Source: Raillietiella orientalis (taxonomy: Eukaryota). Taken from it: 64,000 bases of DNA. The stretch's first letter is position 1. Every line of letters starts with the position of its first letter. This document shows, one piece after another, positions 26,587 through 38,799 of this stretch. Under the pieces are notes generated by a model that did not search any database, was not told where the DNA came from, and saw nothing but the letters and a program-made list of their open reading frames with translations. The position numbers and the translations under genes are program-made. Location of the stretch: NCBI GenBank assembly GCA_036172245.1, contig JAYWIR010000027.1:2232001-2296000 (forward strand). Direction: 5' to 3'.

Positions 26587-26824
26587 TCCCAGGTCATCCG
26601 CGTGCACATTCGATGCGGACGGCCCCCGAAGAACTGCGGAGGCTTGCGAGCCCCATTGTTGGCGCACGTCTATTTTGGTCCATCATTTGGGGGCCTCCGC
26701 CAATCACGAGCTCGTCGCATTGTTGCTGCTGCCCATTCCGCGGTGCGAGCAGCAGGCGCGAACAGACCTAGGCTTACGCTGCCCCCCGGCAAACGCTGTG
26801 CGACCGCCAAAGGCCGAGAGACAT

Positions 26825-26865
26825 GAGCAGCGTATCCAAGGGCCACGGCCCTGGATACGCTGCTC
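26825..26865. repeat. GC-rich 19-bp hairpin with a single bulge
   Basis: GAGCAGCGTATCCA-a-GGGCC-ac-GGCCC-TGGATACGCTGCTC. Confidence 0.85.
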
Positions 26866-27961
26866 GCTGCAGTTCACCTTACCGACCCTTACGCTACCAG
26901 GATGGAAATTCGAATCCTCCGAACCCGGAAAAACCGGAAAGCGCAAGGGAACCGATTTCGGCCGGTCGCATCCAGGCGGGTTCCTTTCGTCACTACCTGT
27001 TCTGTGCAAATGCAAAAGGCGCGCACAGTTAACTTGGAGTGGGACATCGATTTCTTATACACGAAAACTAAAAAAGGAGAAAAGTGTCCTTAGTTCCTTC
27101 TTTTTTTTGTTGAAAAAAAAAAAAAAAAAAAAGGAAACGAGGAAATTTCGCAACATTAGGATAACACGATTAATGGAACAGGATAGCAATGATGATCATC
27201 GTCACCACAAGTGGCAGACTACCTTTTGAATTTCCTTACACAGGCTCTTCTTCTAGATCCCTTCATTGAGGGAAGACAAATGTCATATGGATCCGAATGG
27301 AGGTGGTTGGCATGGATACGGATGGCATCAGCTCCGTGATGTGCTCGCAAAGCTTTTCCGTGAGTTCGAACTACGCATCGCAGTTCGCCCACTGCGGATT
27401 CCTGCAAGAGAAGGTAATGCCATGCGAGAGCCTGGACTGAGAAGTCTTCTCGCTTTGACAACTAAAGGGTTCCGCTTTCCGAACCTCTTGTAAGATCCTT
27501 CGGCGAGCACAAACGTGGCCTGAGCGATTCTTCAACTCAATCCTGCCTACAGCATGCAATATGCCTGCTGCATCTCTCCATTTCCATATCGCTTTTCCAG
27601 GGCACAGGGTCAGTTTGCACGCAAATCGTCTGAACCCATCCCAAGACTGCATTCTACCCGCTCATCTGTTTCACTCAGACCATGACCGTACCGCTCATGA
27701 CGCGTAGGAGAGTGGCAGCCTGCAAAATAAGTCACTCTGGGAAAGCAGGCTTGTACCATGCACCTGCGGGCTTATCCACACGAAAGTATCAAACCGGCGA
27801 AGACTGACGCGAGAAGGCCTCCAAGACGAAACTGCAGGCAGATGGGGACGTGAAGCCACAGCAGCAACCCGACGAGCTTGTGATCCGCTGACATTGTGAG
27901 CCTGCCGACTACAAATCGCGTCGGGTGGGGCTCACAAGGCGCAACGCCCCAGGGCAGAGGG

Positions 27962-28836
27962 CCCTTTGGGTGCGCGGCTCACCAGATTTCGACATTCCGT
28001 GCTGACGGCACGCGAGTCGCAGTGGGACGGAACGCTTTCTCGCGTGCCGCCCTGCCCCATCGAGGTGCCGACTCACTTTATAAGGGGCGGATTAACGCTA
28101 CCACTGTAATCGTTTCTTCGCACCACCATGAAATAAAACGCCTCCATTTTTTCCTAAACACATATTCATTCTTTTGTCTTTTGTTTTTTTTAATCAGCTG
28201 AAAATTGAACCGATCCTATTTTTTTTCAAAAAAAAAATCGCTTGACAAACTCGACGGGCTTGTAAACGTCAGTCAGTGTACAGCTCATTAACGCTTGGTT
28301 CTTTACCATTTTTGGCAAAATCTTCTGATTTTTTCACTAAATCGCGCACTCTGTCAAGTGCTTTGCATCCTCCCTCTGAAGCAACCTTACTATCTATCAT
28401 GCACTTCTTCAAAGTGCTTATAGGACTGTGGTTTTGTTTCATATCTTCAACTTCTTCTGTTGAACGAGAAGTCGCAGGATCCGACATCGAATGACCGCTA
28501 TATCGATATGTCTTAATCAATTTATTTAGAAATTACGGTTATAATTCCAATAAAATCAATAATTAAATCATTTGGGCGTGTGATACAGTATAAAAATTCA
28601 TGCACGGCAGAACCATAATGTTGTGCTGTGCTCGGTTTTTCAGAGAGGTGACCCTGGAAAACCGAGAATCATTAGCCGACATAAATAGAATTCTGTTTAC
28701 TGCCGTTGCTAAGGGAATGATAAGAACGTGGGTGGATGCATCGTTCATCTCGGGCACTGATAGTGTCAACGTATGTCGCGTGTATAAAATCAAAGCATTT
28801 GTCGGAGGCATATATGCGTCCACAGCACTCAAAGGG
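27962..28836. mobile_element. Putative non-autonomous piggyBac-like element enclosing a PDHA1 fragment
   Basis: Left CCCTTTGGGTGC (27962-27973) and right GCACTCAAAGGG (28825-28836) are 11/12 inverted. The right end is followed by TTCA and has a subterminal palindrome GAGGCATATATGCGTC. The left ~160 bp recurs at 33797-33969 preceded by ATAA. The left flank here lacks TTAA. Confidence 0.45.
28238..28520 (-). pseudogene. PDHA1: Pyruvate dehydrogenase E1 alpha C-terminal fragment
   Basis: KTYRYSGHSMSDPATSRSTEEV...EPSVNELYTD carries the TYRYxGHSMSDP signature. A 4-bp TGAC duplication creates the stop; removing it restores TDVYKPVEFVKR. The conserved Y of SYR is missing and no upstream exons were found. 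Confidence 0.85.
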
Positions 28837-31800
28837 TTCATGCGAAACGCCAAAGCATACGAGCACGGTGTTCCCCATTCTTCCGGGGCCCGCCGTCCCT
28901 CGCATTTTGTGGGGTGCAACTGTGCATTTCTGCGACTGCGTCAGGGACGCCTTCGGAAGGGGAACCCTCCTGACCAGGAACGGGACCTGCAAGCGTTCCT
29001 GAAGCTAATTGAAGAGGCTGCCTGGTCGCATGCGAGGCAGCGAGATGCCAGAGAGCGTTCCACGAAACTCAAGGGACCATCATCAGCTCCATGCCCCGTC
29101 TACTGGAACTTCGATTCTTTTTTTTTTTTCCTTTTCGCTTTTCGGTCATCTTTGCGTCCGATTCAGGTTGGCCGCATTTCGGATGCGCCCGAGCTCCTAG
29201 GCTACGGGCAGATGTCATGGTGGTTGCTCTGCCCGCTGCGTAGCGAGGCAGCGACGATCGTCACCATCACTTCCTGTGGACAGGAGGGGGAAAGGGTGTT
29301 CCACGAAGGGACGAAGGGGCTTCCCTTCTGGACCTGAACAGATGCAAGCACTCCGAAGAGGAAAGGGGGCATTCTGATACCACAGCAGACAGACACACTG
29401 AGCCGGAGCGGTGGGCGCCAGTAGGAAGAGGGGTTGCGCCACCACTATGCGACAAATGCGGCGGCAAGAGGCTCCTTGCCTGGACGCAGGAGAGGCAGGA
29501 CAAGTCCATTAGATCCTCCAAGATGGCAAGAGTGGGTGGGCGGGGGAAGGGGGGGAGGAAGGCGAAAGCGGAACATGGGGAAGCGGGAGGACCGAGGAAG
29601 AGAGAAGGAAGCCGGCTGTGAGCGTCTCGGCAGGAAGAGCGAAGAGGGCGTCTGCCTGTGCGAGGTGGAACGTGGGAAACAGGAAACGCCGCGAGCGTGC
29701 GCGGAAAGTAGGAGGTCGTAGGTCGCCGCTTCCCAGAACGAGCGGGCTCCCACCTTCAGGGAAGTCTTGCGTGTCCTTCCTCCTCCTGGCCAGCAGGCCA
29801 CGGACTTCCTGCTTTGCTCCTCCCTCCGCCTCGACTTCCCAGAGCTCCGCAGCGGGTTCACTGAGCTCGACAGACGCGAAAGGTGAAGAAAGGCAGGGAG
29901 GAACTTCTGGCCTGCTGAGTCGGAACACGGAGGTGAGGAGCAGGCGGTCGACCATTCGGAAATGGCCGGACAGAGGTCACATTAAAAAAAAGCCACCCTT
30001 CCGGCGGTTCGGGAAGCTGACATTTCGCACGAGTTTCAAGCGCGAGTGTATTTTTTTTTTCAAGAAAAGAAAAGACCCTTTCCACAGCAACCGCCGCTTG
30101 AAAGATCCAGGAGACCAGTGTGTTCCCGAGGTGCTTTCCAGGTTGATGATGAGAACAAACTTCATAACTCCAGACTGGTGATTGGTTGCCTGGGAGGTCG
30201 AGAAACCAAGGGCGGCGGTAAGGGAAAAGGCCCTCGAGATCAGAAGAAGCGACCTCTCCGGGTTCGGTAATTCGAGGAGAAAACCATGGACACCTAGGAA
30301 CCCCCCCTTCTTCCCCGCTTGGCTTCATGTCGTTTCCGTCGGAGGTCGCCAAGCAGCAGATCACCGAAGGTGATTCGCTGCGGATGGTTGCCGCGAGAAC
30401 CTTCCAGGTCTGGCAACGCAAAGGCCGTCGAAGGGCTGGCTGAAACGGGGCGTCCGTCCATCATCATCAGCAGCTTCGGACTGATCTCTTCAAGAAATTT
30501 GCCTGAGGGGAGAGGCCAGCGAACACGTGACATGCTGGCAACAAGTTAACGGGATACACCCCTGACCCGCCGCATTCACCACATGGGGTCGGGACCTTCA
30601 CTGCCGCCGACCCTCTTCGGCAGTGCGAGGTCGATCCCAGGGCCACGGTGGGAGCCGCACGCGATCGCACCATGCCCTCCGGCGGGAGGACCTTCGGGCG
30701 AGTTTGAGTCCGGAGCGGTCGACCGGAAGCGGGAGTAAAAACCCACCGGCAGCACGCGGGAACCGCGGTAAGGCAGTCGTCTGGAAGAAATTGGGCGGGG
30801 TGGATGCCTCTGCTGGACCCGGGAAAGAGGCTGCGCACACGCGGGAGAAAATCGCCTCCGGGCTGCGCACTGTTGAACACGAAATTTTCTTAGAGAGAGA
30901 GAGAAGCAGGATCGAAGGAAGACCATGACCTACGTTGGGCAGTGGCACCAAGCCTCGGGGCATTTTCTGTTAGACGCGCGTTCAGTTCATGGACTTGACC
31001 TTCACTCTGGGGGAGAGGAAGAGTGGGAACAGCGCTCTACCAGGGACGGTCCGCGCAGAAGACGCGGAGGGAGAGACGAGGCATCAGTCCGCATCCCCAA
31101 CAAGCCCGTCAGCAGCAGCGGTGAGCTGCCGCAACTCAGGTCAACAGGGTTGACGTCAGTCCAAGCAGCCCGGCCCTGGACCGGACCCCGACCGGCAGCA
31201 GCGGGGACACCTCGCTGCTGCCGGTCGAGGAATAGCCTTGCTGGACTTTTCCCACCACCTTGCGAATGTCCCTCCAGGTTTGCTTGGAGGAGACGCGGCG
31301 GGAGGGCGCCGGCGGGGGTTGCCGGCAGAGGAATCTGTCCCCCTGCGGCCCTCGAGGTGCAGGACCGTCGCAGGTCGGCACCCAGGGAACGACAACGCAC
31401 AGGAGGAAGTCGGGAATCCTCCGGAAGCGAGGGGAGCCCACAGAGGAAGCACTCTGCACTCGAACGTCCGGTGTCCTTGGGATTTGCCGTGGATCGGAGT
31501 CACAGCAGGAAGAGAGGGTGGTGGGAATTTCCTGCCCTCTCCCCTCCCCTCATTCCCCTCTCTTTTTCGTCTGTTCTCATCCCCCCGTTAGCGCCTTTTT
31601 ATGCAAAAGATCGGAACGACTCCACTAGGGGCGACCTATTTTTCCGGGAGATTGGGTCGGGCTCTAGGAATGGGAAAGATGGGAGTCTGACAGCAGCAAT
31701 TAAATTTAAAATTTATTTAGTTGATACTAAAAATATTTTATGAATACATTTCCACCGTGTTGTGTTGAAGGGACGCCGATTCGTGGATGACGTTCTCGAT

Positions 31801-33796
31801 CTGCTTGGTGATGTCACTCACTTCCCACCTGCACACCATCGACGATAGGAAGCTTCCGGGTATGTGCGATGTGTGTGTGAGCATGACAGAGATGGATCCA
31901 CTGCCTTCTCTTCGCTCTCTGCCTGACCAAAGAAGGAGAGCGAGGGGAGCTGATAGCACCTGCTAGAAGGCGTTCACTTCTGGAGAGGACACCCTGATTG
32001 CCCGTCCTGCCTCCGACGTCATCTCCCTTGATACAGGGAAGCGCGCGCGCGTCCCATGGCGCTGCTCTTCCCCGGACGGCCTTCCACGAGCGCAGGCGTC
32101 CCCGAAACGCGCTGTGGCCGGCTGGATCGCCTGGACAGAGTGCACACGAAAGACGACCTCCCTCCCTTCTCCCCCGCTAAGAGGTTCACCATCCAGAGTG
32201 CACGGCGGTGAGCAGGACCTAGGGAAGGAGGTGTGTGGGGGGGGGGGGGAACCTTGGCAGCCTGCTTTTGCCGGCAGGTGGTCCTGCTCGGGGCGCTGCC
32301 GCACCTGTCTGGGACCTTCCGGTTGCGGATGGCCCCAACCACACGGCAAGACGGCGGTGGGGTGAGGAGGGGGAGGGGGATGAGGTGCCGCTCGGTGGAC
32401 AGCCTCATTCTGTGGACGGACCGCGCGCTGCATGCGGGCGGGTGCTCCGCGCGATTGTTGGCGGCACGCAGAAGTGCACGCCGGAAGCACGCGGAGCGAC
32501 GCGCGATGGCGGCGCTGCTTGCGATCGCGAGCAGCTCGCCCCTCCGTGGTCGTACTGGGAACGCGCTTTGCGAGCGATTCCTGCTCTCAGCGGGCTCACG
32601 CCTCGCCACTTCGCTCTGGCAAACATCTGTAGCGTTTTTTTCCCCCCCAATTTCCCAATATGCGTGCTTTAATGCTCTTCGCAGTAGCTTTTGGCGTGGT
32701 TAACGCGGTCTTGCTGTAATGCAGCAGGGCCACTTATTCCGCCAACAGAAACGGCACACGTTGAATTGCATTTCGGCATCAGAAGCCTTCCCTCTCGGAT
32801 CCTGGACCCAGCAGGAAGCAGGGCTGGAGCCCGCGTATCCTTTAGACGTCAAGAAGCGCGTTTCGTCAGAGCGCTACCTCACAGCCCAGCTCATTCACCT
32901 GAAGAGATTACTGAATTGCGGTCGGCTTCAGGTTCTGGGAAGCACGGTGATAAAGTAGGAATACCGTCCGCCAATAGCAGCATCCAGCTTGCACAGAGGT
33001 GCTGACGATCAAAAAAGCTTCCATGACGATGGGTTTTATTTCATTCTGTTTTTTTCTTCTAGTGCAGTCGGCTGTTGTTTCCATCCCTTTTCCGGTAACC
33101 ACGCATTTCTCCAAAGGCCCTGCCTCCTACACCTGCATCTGCTGTCCCGAAGGTGGATTTTTCTAACCTCCACCTTCAGCAAGCACAGATGCGTGCAGCG
33201 CGTTTCAGCCGAACTTCCTCGCAAGCACAGCCGCACGCTCGATCCGAAGCAGTGGATTGTGGACCTCGTGAGGAGGGATGCGTTGCGTCACGCTCTGCGC
33301 TGGATACAGCGGTTTTCCACATCCGCGAAGAAACTCACTCACTCACGTCTCCCGGTATTTTTCCGTTCGTCTTGAGAATAAGCGACCCAGACGCAAGCGA
33401 GCTTTTCTTTCGAAGTTTCTAAAGGGGACCGAACGTCCTGAAAGTGCCCTCCCACCCTCGGCTGTTGTAGCCCACCAGGTCGCCCACGCTGCATAGCAAG
33501 CCTTCCTGCGAGAAACCACAACCGGCTGTTCTTGCAAAACTCCCATTTGCCTGCTCGATTCCGGCTGATCGCTCAATGGATTTCCGTAACGCTGGATTTT
33601 GCACGAGGACAGTCTCACGGGCGCAGGGTCGCGCGCATGCGCCCACGTCGCGAAGAGCCAGCAATGGAGACGGGCATCCGCGCTAGGGGGATCAATGGAT
33701 GCGAAGCGGCTGCATTTGGTACGTTGCTTGGATATGTTGCCTTTACGGATCCCTCGGAACACGAACAGTGCAGTTTAGCAGCGATGTCTGGCATAA

Positions 33797-33969
33797 CCCT
33801 TTGGGTGCGGAGCTCATCGCAACGAAACGTGCCGTGCCGATGGCCCGCGAGTCGCCGTTGCGATCCCTGCGGACGGAACGCTTTTTCGTGTACCGCCCTT
33901 CTCCATCGAGGTACCGCTTGACTTTATAAGGTGCTGAATTAAAGCTACCATTGCAATTGTTTGTTTGCA
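33797..33969. repeat. Second copy of the piggyBac-like left-end repeat of 27962-28123
   Basis: ATAA-CCCTTTGGGTGCG...GGACGGAACGCTTT...CCATCGAGGT...ACTTTATAAGG...GCTACCA is colinear with 27962-28123. Confidence 0.75.
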
Positions 33970-34985
33970 CTGGCTGTCCTAGTGCGTTTCGCAAGCTCTG
34001 GTCCGGTTGCTGTGACAACGGCCATCCTTGCTTGGGTTTTGAGTCTGTGAGTCAGCATTCTCTATGCAATGTAATTTTGTATACGCGCATGTACCTCCAG
34101 CGGCTACCTACTCATATGAAAGGCCCCGAGTCCACGTACCTCGATTGGTCCCCGTTATGCGCGATCGTTTGGGAGAGAAGGATGAAGAAGGCGAAAGAAT
34201 CCTTCCATGGGAAAAGAAGCTTGCGAAGAATCTTGCGTTGGTGACCCGCGATGCTCGCATAGGAAGGGTGATGAGCGGAGGTATTTCGCCACGCGCCAGC
34301 GATGCAGGCGGAGCACCTCGCACGTTGCACGAGAGAGCTCGGGTGCCCTTCCCAGGGATTGCCAACACGGGTACCTGAGTCTCCTTCTGTCTGCCTCACT
34401 TTTCATAGCGGGACCCACCCGTTTTCTCTTACGGGATGGCGCCGCCGCTGTGCGCCCTCCTCCGACGGGCCACGTCCCTCAGACGTTCCCGCTGGCGAGT
34501 CTGCCCTCGCAAATCCATACCGTGGAAACAGGCGCTACCGTAGGTTGGGCCCACGACCGTGGCCACCTCCGCCACCACCCCTCAAGACCAAACTGCCGTC
34601 TCCTGGCACCACCCGCGTCCGGCGTCCCATTATACCTCCTTTCTCGGAGGAGGGGAGAGAAGGGAGAGGAGTACCCTTCCTCGGGGCAAGTCTAACACGC
34701 TCCGAGCATCCGAAATGTCCCGACAGATGGAGAGAAGGACAGTTACCGGGAGAGATGGCAGCAAGGAGAGGCTGCCCTCGTTGTTCGTGGAAGCAGGGCA
34801 GATGCGCTACTGACCTTCTGGCACTTCAAGGTGGAAGGGCTTCTTCTATCCTTACCTTCTATGTCTACCAGAGGCCCCATTCCTTCCTCCCTCGCCTTGT
34901 GTCTCCACCCTTCGGATGTGTGCCTGCCGGACGCCGCCGACAACGCTGGTGCCGTCCTTTCTCGCGCGCGGCAAGCCACCTACGG

Positions 34986-37083
34986 GTTTCCACCCGGGTT
35001 AGCCAGAACCTTTATTTGAAAATCAAATAAACATTTACATTTTGTGTAGTTGGACCATTGGTCCTTTCTGTAGATACCCTGCCTTGTTACTGGTTCGCAG
35101 ACCGGTGAGGTCCACCACGGCAACAGAGGGGAGGAGCCAAACAAAAAGAAAAATAAACAAAATTAAAATAAAACAACTTTGGGGGGTACGTGAATTGATC
35201 ACATGTGTACCGGATGGACCGCCTCCAGCAGTATCACATCCTGCTGGAGGCGGTCCTCTGCATCCTTTGGAGGATGTTGGCAAGTTCTTGTTTTATGTCG
35301 TGGGGGGGCCATCTGACCACTATCCATATAAAGCGAAGAGCGAAGTAGATGGCATCCCTGTCATTGGTTCCTTCGTTGGCGTCGCTCCACTCACGATCCC
35401 GCGGAGGCAGCAAAGTGCTGCAAGGGCTGCGGTTGGCTGCAGGGCGTCTCGCACAAAGAGAAGTCGTATGATGTCTCTTAAGTTGCTACCAAGGGTTCTA
35501 AGAGTCGCGGAAAAGCGTCCCCAAAAGGGCCGAAAGGGAATACAGTTCACTAGCAGGTGCGAAGGGATTCTCGCTCCCCGCATCTGGCACAGTTTGGTCC
35601 ACACACACCCGTGTCCAGTGATGCCGGCAGGTGTTACAGAGAAAACCTCAGTGCAACAGCATCAGTGCCGACTTCGTCCACTTCAAGGAAAGAATGCGGA
35701 TGTTGCATTGCAGATCTTCCACTGGAAGTACCAGTAGCTCGCCCCAACGCAACAGTCCTCGAGGGAGGGCACTCGGGGTCGCATCGTCTGTTAGCTGGTT
35801 CGTCTTTCACTCGCCTAGTCCTCTTCTCCTGCCGAAGATCTCCACGGAGACCTCCCATCTAGCCGTAAGGCTGCTGCCTGTGTGTTCCCTAATGGAGGGC
35901 AGCACGGCGGCGAGTGAGGTTTTGCTTGCCCATGCACTCTTCGCGGGATCTTCAGGTTCTCCCAGAGCGTGCAGTTGTTATTGAACGCGTACAGGAAACG
36001 TCTCACGGTTTCCTGCAACCAGGTAATTCCGTTCGCAGGAGTGGCACAAGATCCATCCGTTTTTCCCTGCTTGAGTGGCCAGCTGCCGAAGGTACAGTCC
36101 GCCGTGGATGAGACTGCGTAGAGAAGGCGCAAAGAAGGACGCGAGTCCCAAGCTGCTGGTGGTTCGCTGGACGAGAAGACGTGCATGTTGGCACCAGTTG
36201 ATGCTCCAGAAGCCACGAGGGCCAGTGTTCGAAATTGGTGCTGCAGCTTTATTCGCTCCAGCTTCAGGAGGCCTGTACGCAGACCTAGGCCGCCTTCCCT
36301 GCGCATAGCACACAAGTCCTTTAGGCGGACTCGGAGCGTCCCTCAGCCCCAGAAGGCGATCCGGAGGAGGTTCTTTGTCCGCTTCCTAATGTCGCATGTC
36401 GGGGCAAACAAAAAGCAGGAGGAGGAGGAGGAAGGGAGGGCACGAAGGTGTTCCACACCACGGCCCGTTCCGACAGGAAAAACCTGCTACCTTGGAACGG
36501 GCCGAGCGCCTGCAGTGCTTTTTGAAGACGGCCGGACCAGGGTGCTTCTGTGATGCAGAAGTCCCCCAACGGAACACCCAGGTACTTCAAGCCCCGGATC
36601 GTAGGAATTCCCAGGCGGACCCAGTCCGGCCTCCCTGCCCACACCGCGCCAACTGGGATCACGGACGACTTCGCCCTGTTCACCAGCAGGCCCGTCCCGC
36701 GGCTGAGAAGCTCGAAGACGTCGAGTGCGCATGCCGTGGTGGACATGGGGAGCAGCAGAAGATCGTCCGCGCATGCTGAGACGACAGCCGTGCCAGGACA
36801 TGCGCGCGGCTGAAGAGCCAGAGTCTCCCTGCATGTTCTCAGCACCAATTCGAAATAGCTCGAGTCCCTGTTGAAGAGCAGGCATTCAGGCTGTTGCCCT
36901 GCCGTATGCCGCGTTGCACTGGCACGCCATGCACCGTCTGTCTGCTGAGCGCGTGGATCCAGCTGGAATGCAGATAGGACAACATCGCGGCCGGGAAGCT
37001 CAAGCGTTCTAGCAGCTTCAGAAGAAGCTCCTGATCGACGCCGTCGAATGCCATGTGCAAGTCGACTGGGACTGCAAGGAATC
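34986..37083 (-). mobile_element. 5'-truncated L1/Tx1-like non-LTR retrotransposon (RT domains 3-7, thumb, C-terminal zinc region, 3'UTR), frameshifted
   Basis: Motifs DLHMAFDGVDQELL, VPVQRGIRQG, ACADDLLL, GLLVNRAKS, LKYLGVPLG, REGGLGL and CQMRG..SHLLVNC. T-rich 3'UTR with AATAAA. Candidate TSD CCACCTACGG (34976-34985) / CCACCTGCGG (37084-37093). Confidence 0.9.
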
Positions 37084-37307
37084 CCACCTGCGGAAGCGGC
37101 GTGTTGGTCTGACTTCCTTAGGGAGCGCCGAGCCATCGGCTGCTTTCCTCCCTCTCCTCCCCACCAGGTGCCTCCTGTTTCGCCGCCTCCTCATCACCCC
37201 ACGCGATCCTCGGCGTGCACCCCCCCCTCCTCCCTAAAATGAAGTGAAATGGAAGATACGTAGGGAAGGCAGCTCCTCGCTAGGGTCCTCACTTCATCAT
37301 CACCATG

Positions 37308-38251
37308 CGGATTCACACCGTTCACACTGGGGCATTTGTTTATTAAAAGTGAAAATTGGACGTCAGTGGCAAGATGCGTGATCCTGCCACGTTACAAAAA
37401 GTACAGAAAGAACTTGCCGGGAACCGGAGCGCAGGCCGGCGATGTTCGCCACAGCAGCACAAGGAAGGGGAGACAAAGAAAAAGAAAATGAAAAATTGGG
37501 AGGGGGGGATCGAGAAGCTGTGTGCTGTGTGCTGAAGGGTGTCCTCTGCATCCTTTGCAGGATGCTGGCAAGTTCCTGTTTCGAGGCTTTCAGATGGGGC
37601 CATCTTGACGTTGTCCTCATGAAGAGGGCGGCAAAAGAGATGGCTACCTTGTGGTGCCGGTCTCCTCTGGCATTTCCATGCAGCCACGATCCCCCCGAGG
37701 CAGCAAAGTGCTGGTGGGGATGCAGCCGGTGTGAGGGAGTCGTTCAGGAAGGGGCGCTTTACGACGTCTCTGGGGTTGTCCTCGGGGATCCGCAGGGACG
37801 TGGCAAATTTTCACATGGGTCGGAGGGCGACACAATCCATGAGCAGGTGCGGGAGGGACTTTCTCTCTGCACCTTCGGCAGTTCAGGCTCACCTCATCCG
37901 GGCCCAGTGGTGTCGGAAGCGTTGCACGGAAGGCACCAGTGCAACAGCAGGGTATCCGACTCCTGCAAATTTAGGGGGAGGGTAGCACTGCTCCAGCACG
38001 CTGGAAGTCACTTCGCCTTCCGCGGAGGAATTAGTAGCAGTTCTCCCCAATGTAGCAGTCCTTTTGGTGGGACAATCGGGGTGGCAGCGTCCGCCAGCTC
38101 CCGAGTTGTCCACACATTTTGATGTTTTCTTCTCTTTCGATAGTGCACATCCACCTTCCACCTTGCCAGAAGGTAGCTGTCCCTTGCGGAGGAGTGTGGG
38201 GTGGGAGAGATTCAGCCCGGCGCATCGAGAGACCTGTTCCAAGCGCCCTCA
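37308..38251 (-). mobile_element. 3' fragment of the same L1/Tx1-like family
   Basis: KEKKTSKCVDNSG is shared with 56150-56190. Also CRRCRE, GAACTTGCCAGCATCCTGCAAAGGATGCAGAGGAC (ELASILQRMQRT), a T-rich tract and an AATAAA...GCCCC end. Confidence 0.75.
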
Positions 38252-38799
38252 ACCATGATCCCATCCCGGCGAAACCCGGGTAAAAATCAACCAGGATCCC
38301 AACGCGCCAGCGACTGAGTGAGGACGGATGGGGTGGGAGAGTGTTCGCCGATGTCCCCGGTCTCTGACTCGCGTCGAGCCCAAATGAGCCACCAAACGGG
38401 GTTCCTCTACCCCCAAGGGCTGCTCGTCAATGTCATTGCCGATCGTCCGGCCGCACCGCTCCTGAGCCGGAAATCGGCTGCAACGGCAGGCGTGGGAAAG
38501 CAGGCGTGGACGCTGCAAATGTCAGGAGTGCGGTAGCACCTCCTCTAGAGCACACGTGGAAGACGCCGGCCACCGTGTCAGGACGGGAGGTAATGACTTC
38601 TCCCCCTCTCCGGGGCGACTCTCTCCTCTCCCCTGGGTGGGGCGCTCTGGTGCTCCAGGTGACCAGAACGAAACGCAGGGGTCTCCCCTTCCCACGTGCG
38701 CCCCCGGGGGACCGCGCTTTCCCTTTCTTTGAAAAGGGCCGATGCGTAAAGGTTCCGAGCAAGCTTGGCGTATCCCCGCACGGGAGAAGGGAAAGAGTA

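Noticed and set aside
27266..27493. CRE/R2-like restriction-endonuclease remnant (HQLRDVLAKLFRE)
   Set aside because: A single weak motif with no zinc knuckle, PD..D motif or adjacent RT.
28600..29337. 245-aa ORF as a real gene or LTR-RT fragment
   Set aside because: It runs across a piggyBac-like terminus and a T-run. Only vague LPF-type similarity is present.
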